From: Phaeosaccion multiseriatum
Lineage: Eukaryota; Protista; Ochrophyta, other classes
Direction of reading: 5' to 3'
Length of the DNA: 64,000 bases
Assembly (NCBI GenBank): GCA_965112735.1
Contig: OZ218950.1
Coordinates: forward strand, 1,364,001 to 1,428,000
Both the position numbers and the translations under genes were made by a program. Positions 12,171 to 25,400 of the stretch are shown here, piece by piece. The notes beneath the pieces were generated by a model. That model did not search any database, was not told where the DNA came from, and saw nothing but the letters and a program-made list of their open reading frames with translations. Position 1 is the stretch's first letter, and every line of letters begins with the position of its first letter.

Positions 12171-12560
12171 CGTGGCAGCATTCGATAACTCCGGATAGTC
12201 TGGGCATCTATGTCCCAGGCTTTGGAGCATTGTGCAGGTTTTTACTTCTAAAGTGCGCGCGGAAAGGAGCGACAGCTGCTCGTCAGTCTACAGATGATCT
12301 GGGGGCGCATGCTGCAGGTGAGGAACAAGGAGGGCTCATCATTCTCGTAGCCAGAGTCAGAGGATGCTGCCTGCTGGTGTGTCCCTTTCCTGAGGCCTTC
12401 ACTCTTGCTTGCCCTCACCCCATTTTCCACTCTTCCCCGCCCTCCATTGCCGTGTGCTTTGCCGATGTTCAGCTGGATGACTCTTTCAAGGTGTTCAAGT
12501 CCCTCGAGTTCGAGAATGTGCTGTACGGCAACGTCCGACTTACCATCTTCTCTGCAGAGC
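10970..12560 (+). pseudogene. Decayed transposon-like ORF resembling DUF6729-type proteins
   Basis: Fragments VFVWAPH..PLC, SLEDDFFMVGARHRC, YSYDPRV..ELPV, KEMKSH and LDDSFKVFK occur in the order I recall for that family. In-frame stops at 11312-11314 and 11901-11903, a frameshift near 11343, and a GT..AG intron at 11505-11642. Family assignment is from memory of the motif pattern only. Confidence 0.45.
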
Positions 12561-12880
12561 TGAATGATCCAATTCTAAGCTTGAACAGTATAAAAGTGAC
12601 GAGCCCAAAAACAATTATCAGGTCCGCCGGCACCGGCCACAATCAATAATCAGAAAATAAGACGCTTTCCCACAGCTCGTGCAAGTACGTCACTGGTCTC
12701 TAGGAGAGGGACATCACAACAACAATTCACAGGAGTGAAGGGATAAGGGATAAATAGTATCTAGTGTCGGCATCGATCGATCTTAATTCTGTCGAAACTA
12801 CTACTGTAACTGAAAAATAAGCACGCAGGGAACAACCCGAGGGGGAGAGGGGAAAAAAAAAGATAGCCGGAAGTGATTGA

Positions 12881-13390
12881 CACACAGAGAAAGGCAGGAG
12901 GATAAAAGCAGCACAGCAGGAGAGAGGAGAAGAAAGGTGGGTACGAGAGCTGACCCCCCCTCCCCGTTTACAATGATTCCTTGGCACCCAAAAACGCACA
13001 AACCTTCCGTGAAAATTGCTGCCTGCTGCTGTTCAGGCCATCGGCACTCCCAAAGGAGTTCCTTCATCTTGCACGGCCCATAACCCTCTGTTTCTGCCCC
13101 CCCCCTCGCCTCCTCATGACTCCCTTTCAATCCCTTTCCTCCAATGGGGGAGACCAGGGAGACCACAGCGTCATATTTTTCTTTCTCTCTCTCACCATCG
13201 ACTCGTTACTCGCCCATGTTTTCTCACTTGCCCCTCCAGCAGAGAGAAAGACAGGAGGATAACAGCAGCACAGCAGGAGAGAGGAGAAGAAAAAGGGGGG
13301 TACAAGAGCTGACCCGGCCCCCCAACCCGCCGAGGTCAGCTAATAAAACAATCCTTGCTTGGCAAAGGAACAAGCAAGCATTTCCCATAT
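12881..13390 (+). repeat. Degenerate direct repeat (about 85-bp core, period about 360 bp) upstream of the PKS start
   Basis: agagaaaggcaggaggataaaagcagcacagcaggagagaggagaagaaa..gtacgagagctgaccc (12885-12960) versus agagaaagacaggaggataacagcagcacagcaggagagaggagaagaaa..gtacaagagctgaccc (13243-13316). Confidence 0.85.
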
Positions 13391-13443
13391 CATGCTTGCT
13401 CACTTGCCGCTCTAGCGTTGGATCGGGCCAAGGAGGAGAGAGA

Positions 13444-16400
13444 ATGCCCGGGGCCGGCAATGAGCCGGCACAGGGTCAGCCTGAGGGTGCAGCAACGGGT
13501 GTGGGGGAGGGACCGGCGGCGGAGACACCCGCAGCAGCAGCACCAGTGCCAGGCAAAGAGGAGGAGGCTCGAAGGGCGCCTCTCTCCCCCACGCACCCAA
13601 ACATGGGCAGCGGACCAAAGAGGAGCGAGAAAGGCGGCCATCGTCGTGGCGACATTGCCATTGTTGGAATGGCCTGCCGCTTCCCTGGAGGTGCCAACTC
13701 CGTTCCTGAGCTGTGGGACCTGCTCTGCAGGGAGGGCAGCGGCATCACAGGCATGCCCACAGATAGGTGCGTGACTGAGTGGGTGGTGACTGGGTCTGGG
13801 CGACGGAACCTTGGAGATGATGGGCAGCGTGCATCACGGCGCTTAGCGAGCATTTTGCCCCCGCCCCCTGGCTGCAGCCAACCGCAGCAGATCTTGCTGG
13901 AGTGGTTGGGCGGGAGGGGATGGTAGTGGACGGGATGAGGGCTGAAGAATCACTGTACACACGGTCGAGGAGAGCTGATGGCTTTCACACTTATCTTTCT
14001 CTCCTTCACCCCGCCCCCTCCCTGCTTCACTGCCCTTGCTGCCTGGCGCCTCCCAAAACACTCCTCCCGCGTTCGCGCACGTCTCTCTCACAGATGGGAG
14101 CCTGCGGCCTTGGACAGCGGCTACCCCACGCGGGGGGGCTTCCTCCCCGACGTAGAGCTGTTCGATAACGCCTTCTTCAACATCTCTGACCCGGAGGCGT
14201 CCGCAATGGACCCTCAGCAGCGAGGTACGCAAAGCGTCACAATGGTGACTCGCTCGGACTTGTTTCGTCTTCAGTACAACCAACAAGGGTCTCACATGCT
14301 TTGCTGTTCTCCTTAACACACGCAGTCATGTTGGAGGTGGCCTACGAGACGTTTCGCGACGCAGGGCTTGACAAGGAAGCTCTTTTTGAGAGCAAAACAG
14401 GTGGGTCAATCATGTACCCCTTTCAGTAGTAGTGATGACTGAAGCAAATAGTGAGCAGAATCAGGCGAAGAGGGAGAAACTGCTCTGATGGTCACTGACC
14501 ACACCGTATACCTCACCACAAAGTCCTCTTCTCGAACGTCCAGGAGTGTTCATCGGGTGCGGCAACGGAGACTGGATGTCCAAAATGCAGTCCCACGCTC
14601 CTGGACCGTACGTTGCTACGGGCGCCTCAGAGGCTCTCGTGGCCAATCGGGTCTCCTTCGCCCTCGGTCTGACTGGACCTTCGCAGACCATCAACACGGC
14701 CTCTTCCTCCTCTCTCGTGGCCGTGCACCAGGCCTGCCGAGGCCTCCAAAGCCGCGACTGCGACATGGCCCTGGCCGGAGGAGTGTCCATCATGACCAAC
14801 CCCGAGCCCTTCTCCGCCATGTCATCGCTGCACTTGCTGTCAGACAAGTGCATGGTCTTTGATGCCGCTGCCAACGGCTACGTGCGGGCAGGTGAGCACG
14901 AGCGGCGCCTGCGAGACTGTGAAGAAGACTAGAAGGACGAGAATGAGATTGACATGTGGAGGAGCTTACCGCAGCGCTTCTGATTATGATGATGGCCCTT
15001 TCCAGCTCCGCAAGGAGGGCGGAGAGAGGGAGAGGCGGAGGCGGGGAGAGGGAGAGAGGGGAAGAGGGAGAGGGAGAGGGAGAGGGAGAGGAAATGAGAT
15101 AGGGAGGGAGAGAAGGGGAGATGGGAGAGAAAAATCGGGAGAGCGAGAGAGGCAGCGGGACAGAGAGGGAGAGGGCGGGACGGAGATATGGAGAGGGGCA
15201 GGGGAACAGATATGGAGAAAGGGAAAGGGAGAGAAAGGGGGGAGGAAAGGGAAGGAGAGAAGTGCAGGATGAGTGGAGAGTGTTTCTTTGGGTCTGAGAT
15301 TGTCCTTGTTTTATAAACCTGATGAGCACGGCTCGACCACCCCCTAGCTCACCCTCCAGTCACCTCCATTTGCTGTTTGTGCCCTGCGGCTGCGAGTAGA
15401 GGGCTGCGGCGCTGTCGTGCTAAAGCGCCACGAAGACGCCATGGAGGCCCAAGACAACATATTGGCGGTGATTCGAGGCTCCTGCATCAATCACACGGGC
15501 CACGGCACGACCCTCACTGCCCCCAACGAAGCGGCACAGAAGGCCGCGGTCTTGGACTCCGTAGCAGAGGCGGGCATCGCTCTGTCCGACGTGAGCTTCA
15601 TCGAGGCGCACGGCACGGGCACGCCCCTCGGGGACCGCACGGAGTGGGCTTCCATCGCCGGCACCTACGGAGACCACGACCTGGCAACAGCCCGCCGTCT
15701 CGTCGTTGGAGCGATCAAGACCAACCTTGGTCACGCGGAGGCTGCGGCAGGCATTGCGGGGCTCATCAAGACGGTGCTGGTGCTCAGGCATGTCCAAGCG
15801 CCTCCCAACCTCAACCTGTCCACGCTGAGCCCTGCACTGAAGACGGAGGGCAACAGCGCTCTGCTGCCCATCCCCGGACGCATGACCCCCATCTCCACCC
15901 GAATCGGAGGTGCGTTGGGGCCCTTATTCAAAAACGTTTCCTGTGATCACTCACTCAGTCACTCAGCCACTCTCTCACTCACTCACTCACTCACTCACTC
16001 ACTCACTCACTCACTCACTCACTCACTCACTCACTCACTCACTCACTCACTCACCCACTCACCCACTCACTCACTCACTCACTCACTCACTCACTCACTC
16101 ACTCACTCACTCACTCACTCACTCACTCACTCACTCACTCACTCACTTACTCACTCACTCACTCACTCCCGCACTCACTCACTCACTCATTCACTCACTC
16201 ACTCACTCACCCACCCACCCACCCAATCACTCACTCACCCACTCCCACTCACTCACTTGCGTCTTCTTGAGACAAGTTAAGGAGGACTTTAGAGGGTATG
16301 AGCTATCGTATGATGGATAATGGCTGAACCCGTTCTCACCATGCACTTCTGCTCGCTGTGGTTACTTCTGCTCCTTTTGCAGCTGTCAACTCCTTTGGGT

Positions 16401-19400
16401 TTGGCGGTGTCAATGCCCACGTCATCCTGGAGGGGACGGCCATCTCACACTCGGAGAAGACCAACGTCAGAGCCTCCCCGTTCACGAGCAAAAAGGCCTT
16501 CAAGCTGCTGCCCGCCCCACCGACATCGGCGGCCGGAAAAAACTCCTTGGCAGTAGAGCTCCGCGGTGTCAGTCCAGCTGAACGCCAAGAGAGGCTTCGA
16601 TCCGTCATCTCCGACATCGCCCTCTCCAGCACGGCAGGCTCTGTCGGCATCGACATGGACAAACCTCTCATGGAGGCTGGCATGGATTCGTTGGCGCTCA
16701 TGGAGCTGAGGCAGCGTCTGCACCTGCTCACGGATATCCCCGTTAGCAGTGCCGCCCTCTTCGCCCACCCCACCGTGGCGGCCTTGGCGGAGTGGTTGGA
16801 CTCAGCGCTCATGGAGGGAAGTGCGAGCAGCCTACGCCTGTCCAGGAGGCTGCCATCGTCTGAAGGGGGGGGCGACGCTTCTGCCCCGCTGGCAATAGTG
16901 AGCATGGCGTGCCGCTTCCCCGGAGGCGCAGACAGTCCCGACGCTTTCTGGTCCATGCTGCTGGAGGGAAAGGACTGCATCACCGCCATGCCCTCGGGCA
17001 GACTCACTGGTGCGGCGAAGAAGTGGCACGGAGGCTTCATCGACGGCGTGGAGATGTTTGACAACGCCACATTTGGCATCTCCGTAGCCGAGGCCGAGGC
17101 CATGGACCCCACGCAGCGCATCATGCTCGAGGTCGGCTACGAGGCGCTGCACGAGGCAGGCTTCTCTATGGCCACGCTACGCAACAGCAACACCGGAGTG
17201 TTCGTGGGCTCCATGCAGCACGGCGACTGGGCCGCGCTGAACAAGGATGGTGACACCAAAGCTCACTCCATGATGGGCGAGTCAGCGGGCTGCCCTGCAA
17301 ATCGCCTGTCCTACGCACTGGGCTTGCGAGGCCCAAGCATATCGGTTGATACGCTTTGCTCTTCCTCGCTCGTTGCCTTGGACACGGCTTGTCGCTACCT
17401 TCGCTTCGGCACGTGCGATGCTGCGGTTGTGGGAGGAGTGAACCTGCTGCTCGGCTCCCGTTCCTTCGAGCAGCTCGACAAGGGAGGTTTCTTGTCCAAG
17501 GACTGGTACGTACGGGAGAATGGGGGGGCTGGCCTTGGGGAGCATCGAGCTCCTATAACTCGAGTAGAGTCATAAAGGGCTTGCTGACAGGTAAACACAA
17601 GCATCATCCCTCTCATCGGCTTGTCCTTCCTTCTCTGCCCCCATCTGCCTCGTGCTGCTACCGAAGGCGCTGCAAGACCTTCGACGCAGCGGCTAACGGC
17701 TACGTCCGAGGAGAGGGCTGCGGCGCCTTGGTGGTGAAGCGGCTTGACGACGCGGAGCGCAGTGGAGACAACATCCTGGCCGTCGTGCGGGGAAGCTCCG
17801 TGAACCACAATGGGCGCTCTATGCGGCTCACAGCACCCAGTCCAGACGCACAGCAGACGCTGATGCAGGCAGCCTTGGAGGAGGCGGGTGTAGCGGGCAG
17901 CGAGGTTCACTTCGTGGAGGCGCACGGCACGGGCACGGCTCTTGGCGACCCCATCGAGATGAGCGCTCTCAAAGCCGCCTACGGAGAAGGGCGGGAGAGC
18001 TCTTTCCCACTCATGGTGGGAGCGGTCAAGACTAACATTGGTCACTTGGAGGGCGCCGCAGGCATCGCGGGACTCATCAAGACCATCCTCGCGCTTCAGC
18101 ACCGAGCTGTGCCACGCAATCTGCACCTCGGCAAGCTCAATCCTGAGATTAGTGTTGATGGATTTGCGGTGGCATTCCCTTCGTCGAGACTATCTCCATT
18201 GGGTAGCGAGGAGGGACACCCCAATGGCAGCGAGGAGGTGCTGTACGCAGGAGTAAGCTCGTTCGGAGCAGGAGGCACCAACGCCCATGTGGTGCTGAGC
18301 AGCGCTGCGCCGAGAGTGGAGGGAGGGGTCTCGAAAGCGTCGAAGGGGAGTGAGGATACGGAGGTCGCCTCACCTGCGCACGTCTTTGTCTTCACGGGGC
18401 AAGGCTCGCAGTACCCCGGAATGGGCAAGGAGCTCTACGACGAGGTTAGTTGATTCGTTGCGCGCACCATCTCCGTCTCAGTCCTCTCTTGTCATTGCCT
18501 CTGTTGTGCTCCATCACCTCGGCCCACCTTCCCCCCATTCTCATATTCGTCTCTCTCTCTTGTTCCCTCCGCTGTTTGTGTCTCTCTTTTGGTGCCTCAA
18601 CAGCGTGCGGTCTTTCGCGAGTGCGTGCAGCGGTGCAGCAGGCTGCTCATGGAGCGGGCCTGGCTGGACAAGTCTGTGGTGGAGCTCATGTACCCGGCGG
18701 TCGCTGAGGACAGGGAGGAGGAGGAGTGGGAGACTGCACAAGCGCTGCTGAAGGAGACACGCTACTGCCAGCCGTGCCTGTTTGTGCTGGAATACGCCCT
18801 TTGCGCGCTGTGGAAGTCGGAGGGAGTGGAGCCGTCGATGGTGATGGGCCACAGTCTGGGCGAGGTAGTGGCGGCGTGCGTGGCCGGCGTCATGTCGCTG
18901 GAGGACGGGCTGATGCTGTCCGCCAAGAGAGGAGCCGCCATGCAGGCCTGCCCCGAGGGGGGTGGAGTGATGATCGCAGTGAAAACGGGCAGGGAAGCAG
19001 CAATGGCAAGTATCGACGCTGCAGGGGGGGCAGGCGAGGTGGTGCTGGCGTCGTCGAACGGACCGAGCGCGAGCGTGATCTCTGGGGCGCGCAGCGCTGT
19101 GGACAAGGTGGTGGAGAAGCTCACGGCAGATGGGGTGGGCTGCAAGGCCCTGGACGTGTCGCACGCCTTCCACTCTCCTCTGATGGAGCCCGCTGTACGT
19201 GCGCTGGAGGAGGCACTGAGGCAGGTGTCATTCAGCGCCCCACGCATCCCCCTGGTGTCCAACGTGACAGGCGAGGTGGTGAAGGCTGAGGAGGTGACGC
19301 AGGTAGCGTACTGGGTGCAACACATGCTGTCGCCGGTGCTGTTCGCGGAGAGTATCACCACGCTGCTCCGGGAGAGGCCTGAAGGTGTACGAGTGGTAGA

Positions 19401-22400
19401 GATTGGGCCCAGCTCTGTGCTGATCAACATGGCGCGGCAATGCGAGGGAGAGAGGTCGGACGTGATGTGGCAGCCTTCCATGCGGCGGGAGGGGAGCGAC
19501 ACCGCCTCGTTCGACAGAGCAGTGGCGGCAGTACTGGGCAAGCCCACACCTCTGTTCCCCACCCGTCGTGCGCTCCCTTGGTTCGAGCAGCAGGCGCATG
19601 CGATGGTACCAAGCGGCGGCGTCGTCGAGAAGAAGGGAGGAACACTCCTCTCATGCCGCTTCACCCCTCAGCTCAACGGCTTGCTGCAGGATCACGCGGT
19701 GGGAGGAGTGGTGCTCATGCCGGGCATGGGGTACATCGAGATTGGCCTTGCCGCCTTGCTGAAGGGCAAGCCTTTCCCTGGCGAGAGGCAAGTGGTCCTG
19801 AAGGGCCTGGTCTTCATATCTCCACTGGAAATTGCAGGCGCTCGTGCCCCCGATGTGGACCGTACGGTGGAGGGCTCCACCACTGTGGTCGCTTCTGAAG
19901 TCAGTGCCTTCGTCACTGCCCGCGGCAGCGTGCAGTTTATCGGAGGTCCCCACGGCAAGGCTGGAGAGACGGTGGCGAAGGCGACTTCCCTTCAATTGTG
20001 CACAAGGACGGAGGCAGAGACATTGGACGTGGCGCGGGTGAGAGCCGCGGTGGGGGACGAGGACATCGCCGAGGGGCTCTACCTCAAGCTTGCCAGTGCT
20101 GGTTATGACTACGGTGCCAGCTTTGTCCGAACGCAGCACCTGTTCGCAGCCAGTGGACAGGCCTTGTCGGTTGCGGCGGCAATGGATGGCAGCCTATCGG
20201 CGGAGTGGGAGATCAACGGCTTCTACCTCCACCCTGCAGTGTTGGATAATGCCGCGCACACGATGTTGGCGCTCTTGCCGGAGGAGCTGACGAGCAAGGC
20301 CTTTGCCGCCGTCTTCTTGCCCACCGGCTGCGAAGAGGTGCTTGTGCGAGGGGCCATCACGAGCGAGAAGGTGTGGGTTCATGCGGTGGTGAAGGAGGTG
20401 GACTCTCAAGCTCTTGCGATCGAGTGCGACATCGTGATAGCACACTTCGAGACGAAGCAAGTGCTCGTGCAGCTTAACCGCTTCCGGATGCAGCTCGCCC
20501 GAGGCTTCTCCCGCACCAACCCCGTCAGCCGAGCGCTGTATTCTCTAGAGTGGCTGCCCAACGATTCCATCTCCCGCAGCAGAGGTGACGTGGAAGAGCG
20601 AGAGGAAGCTTGGCTGCTCCTCACCAGCGGCGCTCGTGGCAGCTTGGACAAGGCAGCGAAAGAGAGCTTGCCCATCTCTGTGACACTGACGGAGAGGGAG
20701 GTCAAGATCATCGACGACTCCACCCTCGCGTCAGAAGCGCCAGCAGGATGGGGCCGTGTGGTGTGCACCTTGTTCGGCGGCAAGCAGCAGAGCCCCAGCC
20801 AAGAGGCACAGACGCTCCTCTCGTTGCTACAGCAGCTCTTACGAAGGCCAGCTCCCTTGATGGTGCTGGTGCAGGACACGCTGAGTGGCGGCGAGGGGTG
20901 GAGGCATCACTGGGTGTACGGCATGATTCGAACCGCTCGTGTCGAGCACCCTTCGCTGGCCATGACAGTGGTGGACGTGGGCAGCGAGGACCTGCCCAAG
21001 TGCTGGGCCATTGCATCACTGGGGCAGGACGTTTGGGTGCGAGACGGACGATATCTCACGCCTCAGCTGACTCGCTCCTCGGTAGTCAGTCTTCCCTTCT
21101 CCTTCGATCTCATGGCGAGGGGAAGCATCGAGGGAGGCTTGAAGCGCAGAGACGTACTCCCTTCCGAGAGACACGCTGCCTTGCAGGACGGGGAGATTGA
21201 AATTTGTGTCAAGGCGGTGGGGCTCAACTTCAGAGACGTGCTGAATGTGCTCGACCTGTACCCTGGCGACCCTGGGCAGCCTGGCATCGAGCTATCGGGG
21301 GTGGTCACTCGAGCATCGCGAAACTCGCGCTTTCAAGTGGGAGACAAGGTCTACGGGTTTCCGGACAAGGGCTGCTTCTGCTCCCACGTAACGACACGTG
21401 ACGTGTGTCTGGCCATCATGCCTTCCAACAGGACCTTTGATGACATGGCAGCGTTGCCTATCGCGTGGCTCACAGTGGTGCACGCCTTTGAGCAACTCGC
21501 TGGCTTGAAGCGTGGTGAGAAGGTGCTCATCCATGCCGCGTCAGATGGAGTGGGTCTGGTGGCCGTGCAGATTGCTCAGCGCATCGGAGCGGAGATCTAC
21601 GCCACTGCTGGATCCGAGGAGAAGCACGCCTACTTACGAGGCCTGGGCGTGAAGCACGTTGCGTCGTCGAGAGATGCGGAGGCCTTCAAGGCTTCCATGG
21701 GAGCTGCAAAGGTGGATGTGGTGCTCAATTGCCTGTCCGACAACTTCATCCCTTACTCTCTGGAGCTGCTGACGAAGAACGGGCGCTTCATGGAGATCGG
21801 CAAGCGAGGCGTGTGGACCGGGGAGGCGATGAAGGCTGCCAGGCCCGACGTGCTGTACGAGCTGATTGCGCTGGACTCCATGATAGCAGACGACTTCAAG
21901 GCCGAGAAGCAGGGCTGGGCGTTCGCTAGGCTGGAGCAGCTGACAGCGGACAGTGAGGCGGGCAGGGCTGAGGCGCTACCAGTGACGGCGTTCGACTTGA
22001 GGGATGAGCTTGCGGAGGCAATGAACTTCCTCAGAACTGCGAAGCATATAGGGAAGGTTGTGCTCAGTAGCCCTGAGTGTGGCATTCCCGTCGTGCGAGA
22101 TGGGACTTACGTTATCAGCGGTGGGCTGGGGGCACTGGGGCTGGCGACTGCGAAGCATTTGGCTGATAAAGGAGCTCGTCATCTTGTACTGCTCTCGCGA
22201 GGGGGAAGGGTCAAGGCGGACTCCCAGTCGCTGTGGGAGGAGCTTCTCAACGTGCCCGGCGGGGTGAGCACCAAGGCTGTATCGTGCGACGTGTCTAGCG
22301 CGCAGTCGCTTGAGAAGGCCCTAGGCACGGCGCTCAGCAGCATGCCGCCCGTGCGAGGTGTCATCCACGCTGCCGGCGTGCTCGACGATCGCTTGCTGGT

Positions 22401-25400
22401 GGACCAGACGCCCGAGAGTATCGAAGAGGTCTTCAAGCCGAAGGTGGAGGGCGCTTGGAATCTGCACGAGCTGTCGCTGCAGATGGCCTGGCCCTTGGAC
22501 TTCTTTGTGTCCTACACATCCATGGCAGGTGTGCTAGGCAATGCAGGCCAGGCCAACTATGCTGCAGCCAACGCTGCTGTGGACGGGCTGATGCAGCATC
22601 GTCGGCGTCTCGGTCACTCCAGCTCTGTGGCCCTGCAGTGGGGGCCGTGGGGCGAAGCTGGCATGGCCGCTCGGTCCGAAGTTGCCATGGCCAGTCTGGA
22701 GATGGCCGGCGTTGGGCTCATCAGTAAGGCATTAGGTATGGCGGCGCTTGATGCCGGCGTGTCAGCCCCATCTGCGGTATCGCGCGAGCTCCTGGTCCTG
22801 CCTGGCATGGACTGGCCCGCCTTTTCTCAGGCGGCTGGCAACCCGGGGATGCTTGATGCTCTCGTTAGAGAGGCTTCGATGGTGGGACCGCAGAACAAGG
22901 CTAGCAACAGTGTGACTACCGAGGTTAAGCGCGACCTACTGGAGCTGTCGGAGGAAGAGCGAAAGCCCATGCTGCAGGCTTTAATCATGGAGATGGCGAA
23001 AGCATGCATTGGGGAAGCAGGCATCGAGCTCGACGCTTTGAGGCCTTTGATGGAGGCTGGGCTGGACTCCATGTCTACGGTGGAGCTTCGAAGTCGACTC
23101 CAAGCTCGCTTCGGCGTGCCGGTCCCCAACGACGTGCTCTTCAGTCACCCCTCGGTGGCAGCGCTGACTGTGTGGCTCGAGGGCTTGGTCTTGGGGGCTG
23201 AGGAGGGTGAATATGAGGAGAGGAATGCTGAACCGGCTGGAGGTAGCATGACTGCCCCCCTGGCTATTGTGGGCATGGCGTGCCGCTTTCCGGGGGGCTC
23301 GAACAGTCCAGAGGCCTTCTGGTCAATGCTGCGCGCAGGTACTGATTGCATTCAGACTGCCCCTCTGAACCGGTGGGCGAGAAAAGAGGGGAGCGAGGAT
23401 TGGCAAGGCAGCTTCATCGCTGAGGTGGAAATGTTTGACCCCGCTGTATTCGGCATCTCGTTTGCCGAAGCGGCTGCGATGGATCCGCACCAGCGAGTGA
23501 TGCTGGAGGTTGGATACGAGGCATTGGTCAACGCGGGGTGCGACAAAGCAAGCTTGGCGGGCAGTCGGGCAGGCGTCTTCATCGGCATGATGAACCTCGG
23601 CGACTGGGGCTACCAGGGCAAGGATGTAGGGGCTGGAGTATACCGCACTATGGGTCGCATCCAATGTGGCGTTGCCAATCGGCTCTCGTACGTGCTGGGG
23701 CTGCAGGGCCCGTCCATGACCACTGACACGGCGTGCTCGTCATCGCTGGTGGCCTTGGAAAACGCTTGCAGCAGCTTACGCATGGGCAAGTGCGATTCCG
23801 CTGTCGTCGGGGGCGTCAATTGCTTGCTCGGGCCAGTGGCCTTTGAGGACATTCAGGGCAGCGGCTTCCTGTCGCCGGACTGGTAAGTGCTTCCATTTTG
23901 TACCTCCGCACTAATGGTTCTCCTCCTCCGTCTCGTCCGACTTTACTTGCGCCGCCGACTAAAACTCCCCTCACGCTACCCATGCCCTTCTCAGGCGCTG
24001 CAAGACGTTCGACGCGTCGGCAAACGGATACGTGCGTGGTGAAGGATGCGGTGCCGTTGTGCTGAAACGTCTAGATTACGCCCTCGCTGCCGGAGACACG
24101 GTCCTCGCTGTGATTGAGGGCTGTGCCGTGAACCACAACGGAACCAGTGCCCGCCTCACGGCCCCCAGCCCCGCCGCCCAGCAGAGACTCATCGAGGCGA
24201 CGCTGCGTGAGGCCGGTCGAGAGGGCTCCGAGGTACGCATCGTGGAGGCGCACGGCACGGGAACCTCGCTAGGCGACCCCATCGAGATGAGCGCTCTCAG
24301 GGCCACGTACGGGAAGAACCGTGACGACTCTTTCCCGCTTGTGGTGGGTGCAGTCAAGACCAATATTGGCCATCTGGAGGGTGCGGCGGGCATTGCCGGG
24401 CTCATCAAGGCCGTCTTGATGCTGCAGCACCGCGCCGTGCCCGCCAACCTTCACCTCGAGAGCGTCAACCCGGAGCTGGACATGGACGGCTTCCCCGTGC
24501 AGCTCCCGTCGGTGATGGTGCAGCTGGAGGACGAGGGAGATATGTTGGTGGGGGTGAGCTCATTCGGGGCGGGAGGAACGAATGCACACGTGCTGCTGAG
24601 GAGCCATGGGGAGAAGAGTGACTCCGTACTGACGGCTGGTATGAAAAGCGATGGGGGCCCCTTCGTCAAGGAGGAGGCGCTCTTCCCGAATCGTGTGGCC
24701 TTCCCGTGGTACAAGAGCGATAATCACGCTTTATTTCCGAGTGGAGGGGTGCGAGCTGAGAAGGGCGGGGTGCTGCTGTCCTGCCCATTCTCTCCCAGGC
24801 TCAAGGGCCTGCTGCAGGAGCACGCAGTGGGGGGGGTGGTGCTCATGCCGGGCATGGGCTACATTGAGCTGGCCCTGGCCACGCTGCTGAGGGGCGAGGC
24901 CTTCCCCGCAGATGGCCAGGTGCGCATGAAGGGCCTCGTCTTCACGGCCCCGCTGGAGGTGGCAGGCGTCCGTGTACCTGGCGTGGAGCGCATGGTGGAT
25001 GGGTCCACGACGGTGGCATGCTCGGAGGTGAACGTGTTCCTCTCTGCCCACGGTAAGACGCGGATCACGGGCGGCTCCCGCGGCAAGGCAGGTGAGGCTG
25101 TGGCCAGGGCGGCGTCAGTGGTGCTGGAGGCAAGAGAGGCTACTGCAATGATGGACGTGAGGAGCATCCAGGAGGCAGTGGGGCAGCGAGACGTGTCGGG
25201 TGAGCTGTACGTCACGTTCGCCAAGGCCGGCTTCAACTACGGCCCCCGCTTCAGGCGGACAGAGCGCTTGTACGCTGCCGAGGGACAGGCTCTGTCCGTG
25301 GCGACAGCGCAGGACCCCAGCCTGTGCTCTGAGTGGGAGGTGCGTGGATTCTACCTCCACCCCGCCGTGCTGGACAGTGCCGCACACACCATGCTTGCGC

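Noticed and set aside
13144-13443. Upstream in-frame ATG at 13144 as the PKS start
   Set aside because: The extension runs through the duplicated promoter-like repeat and looks non-coding. ATG 13444 is preferred, but the start is not proven.
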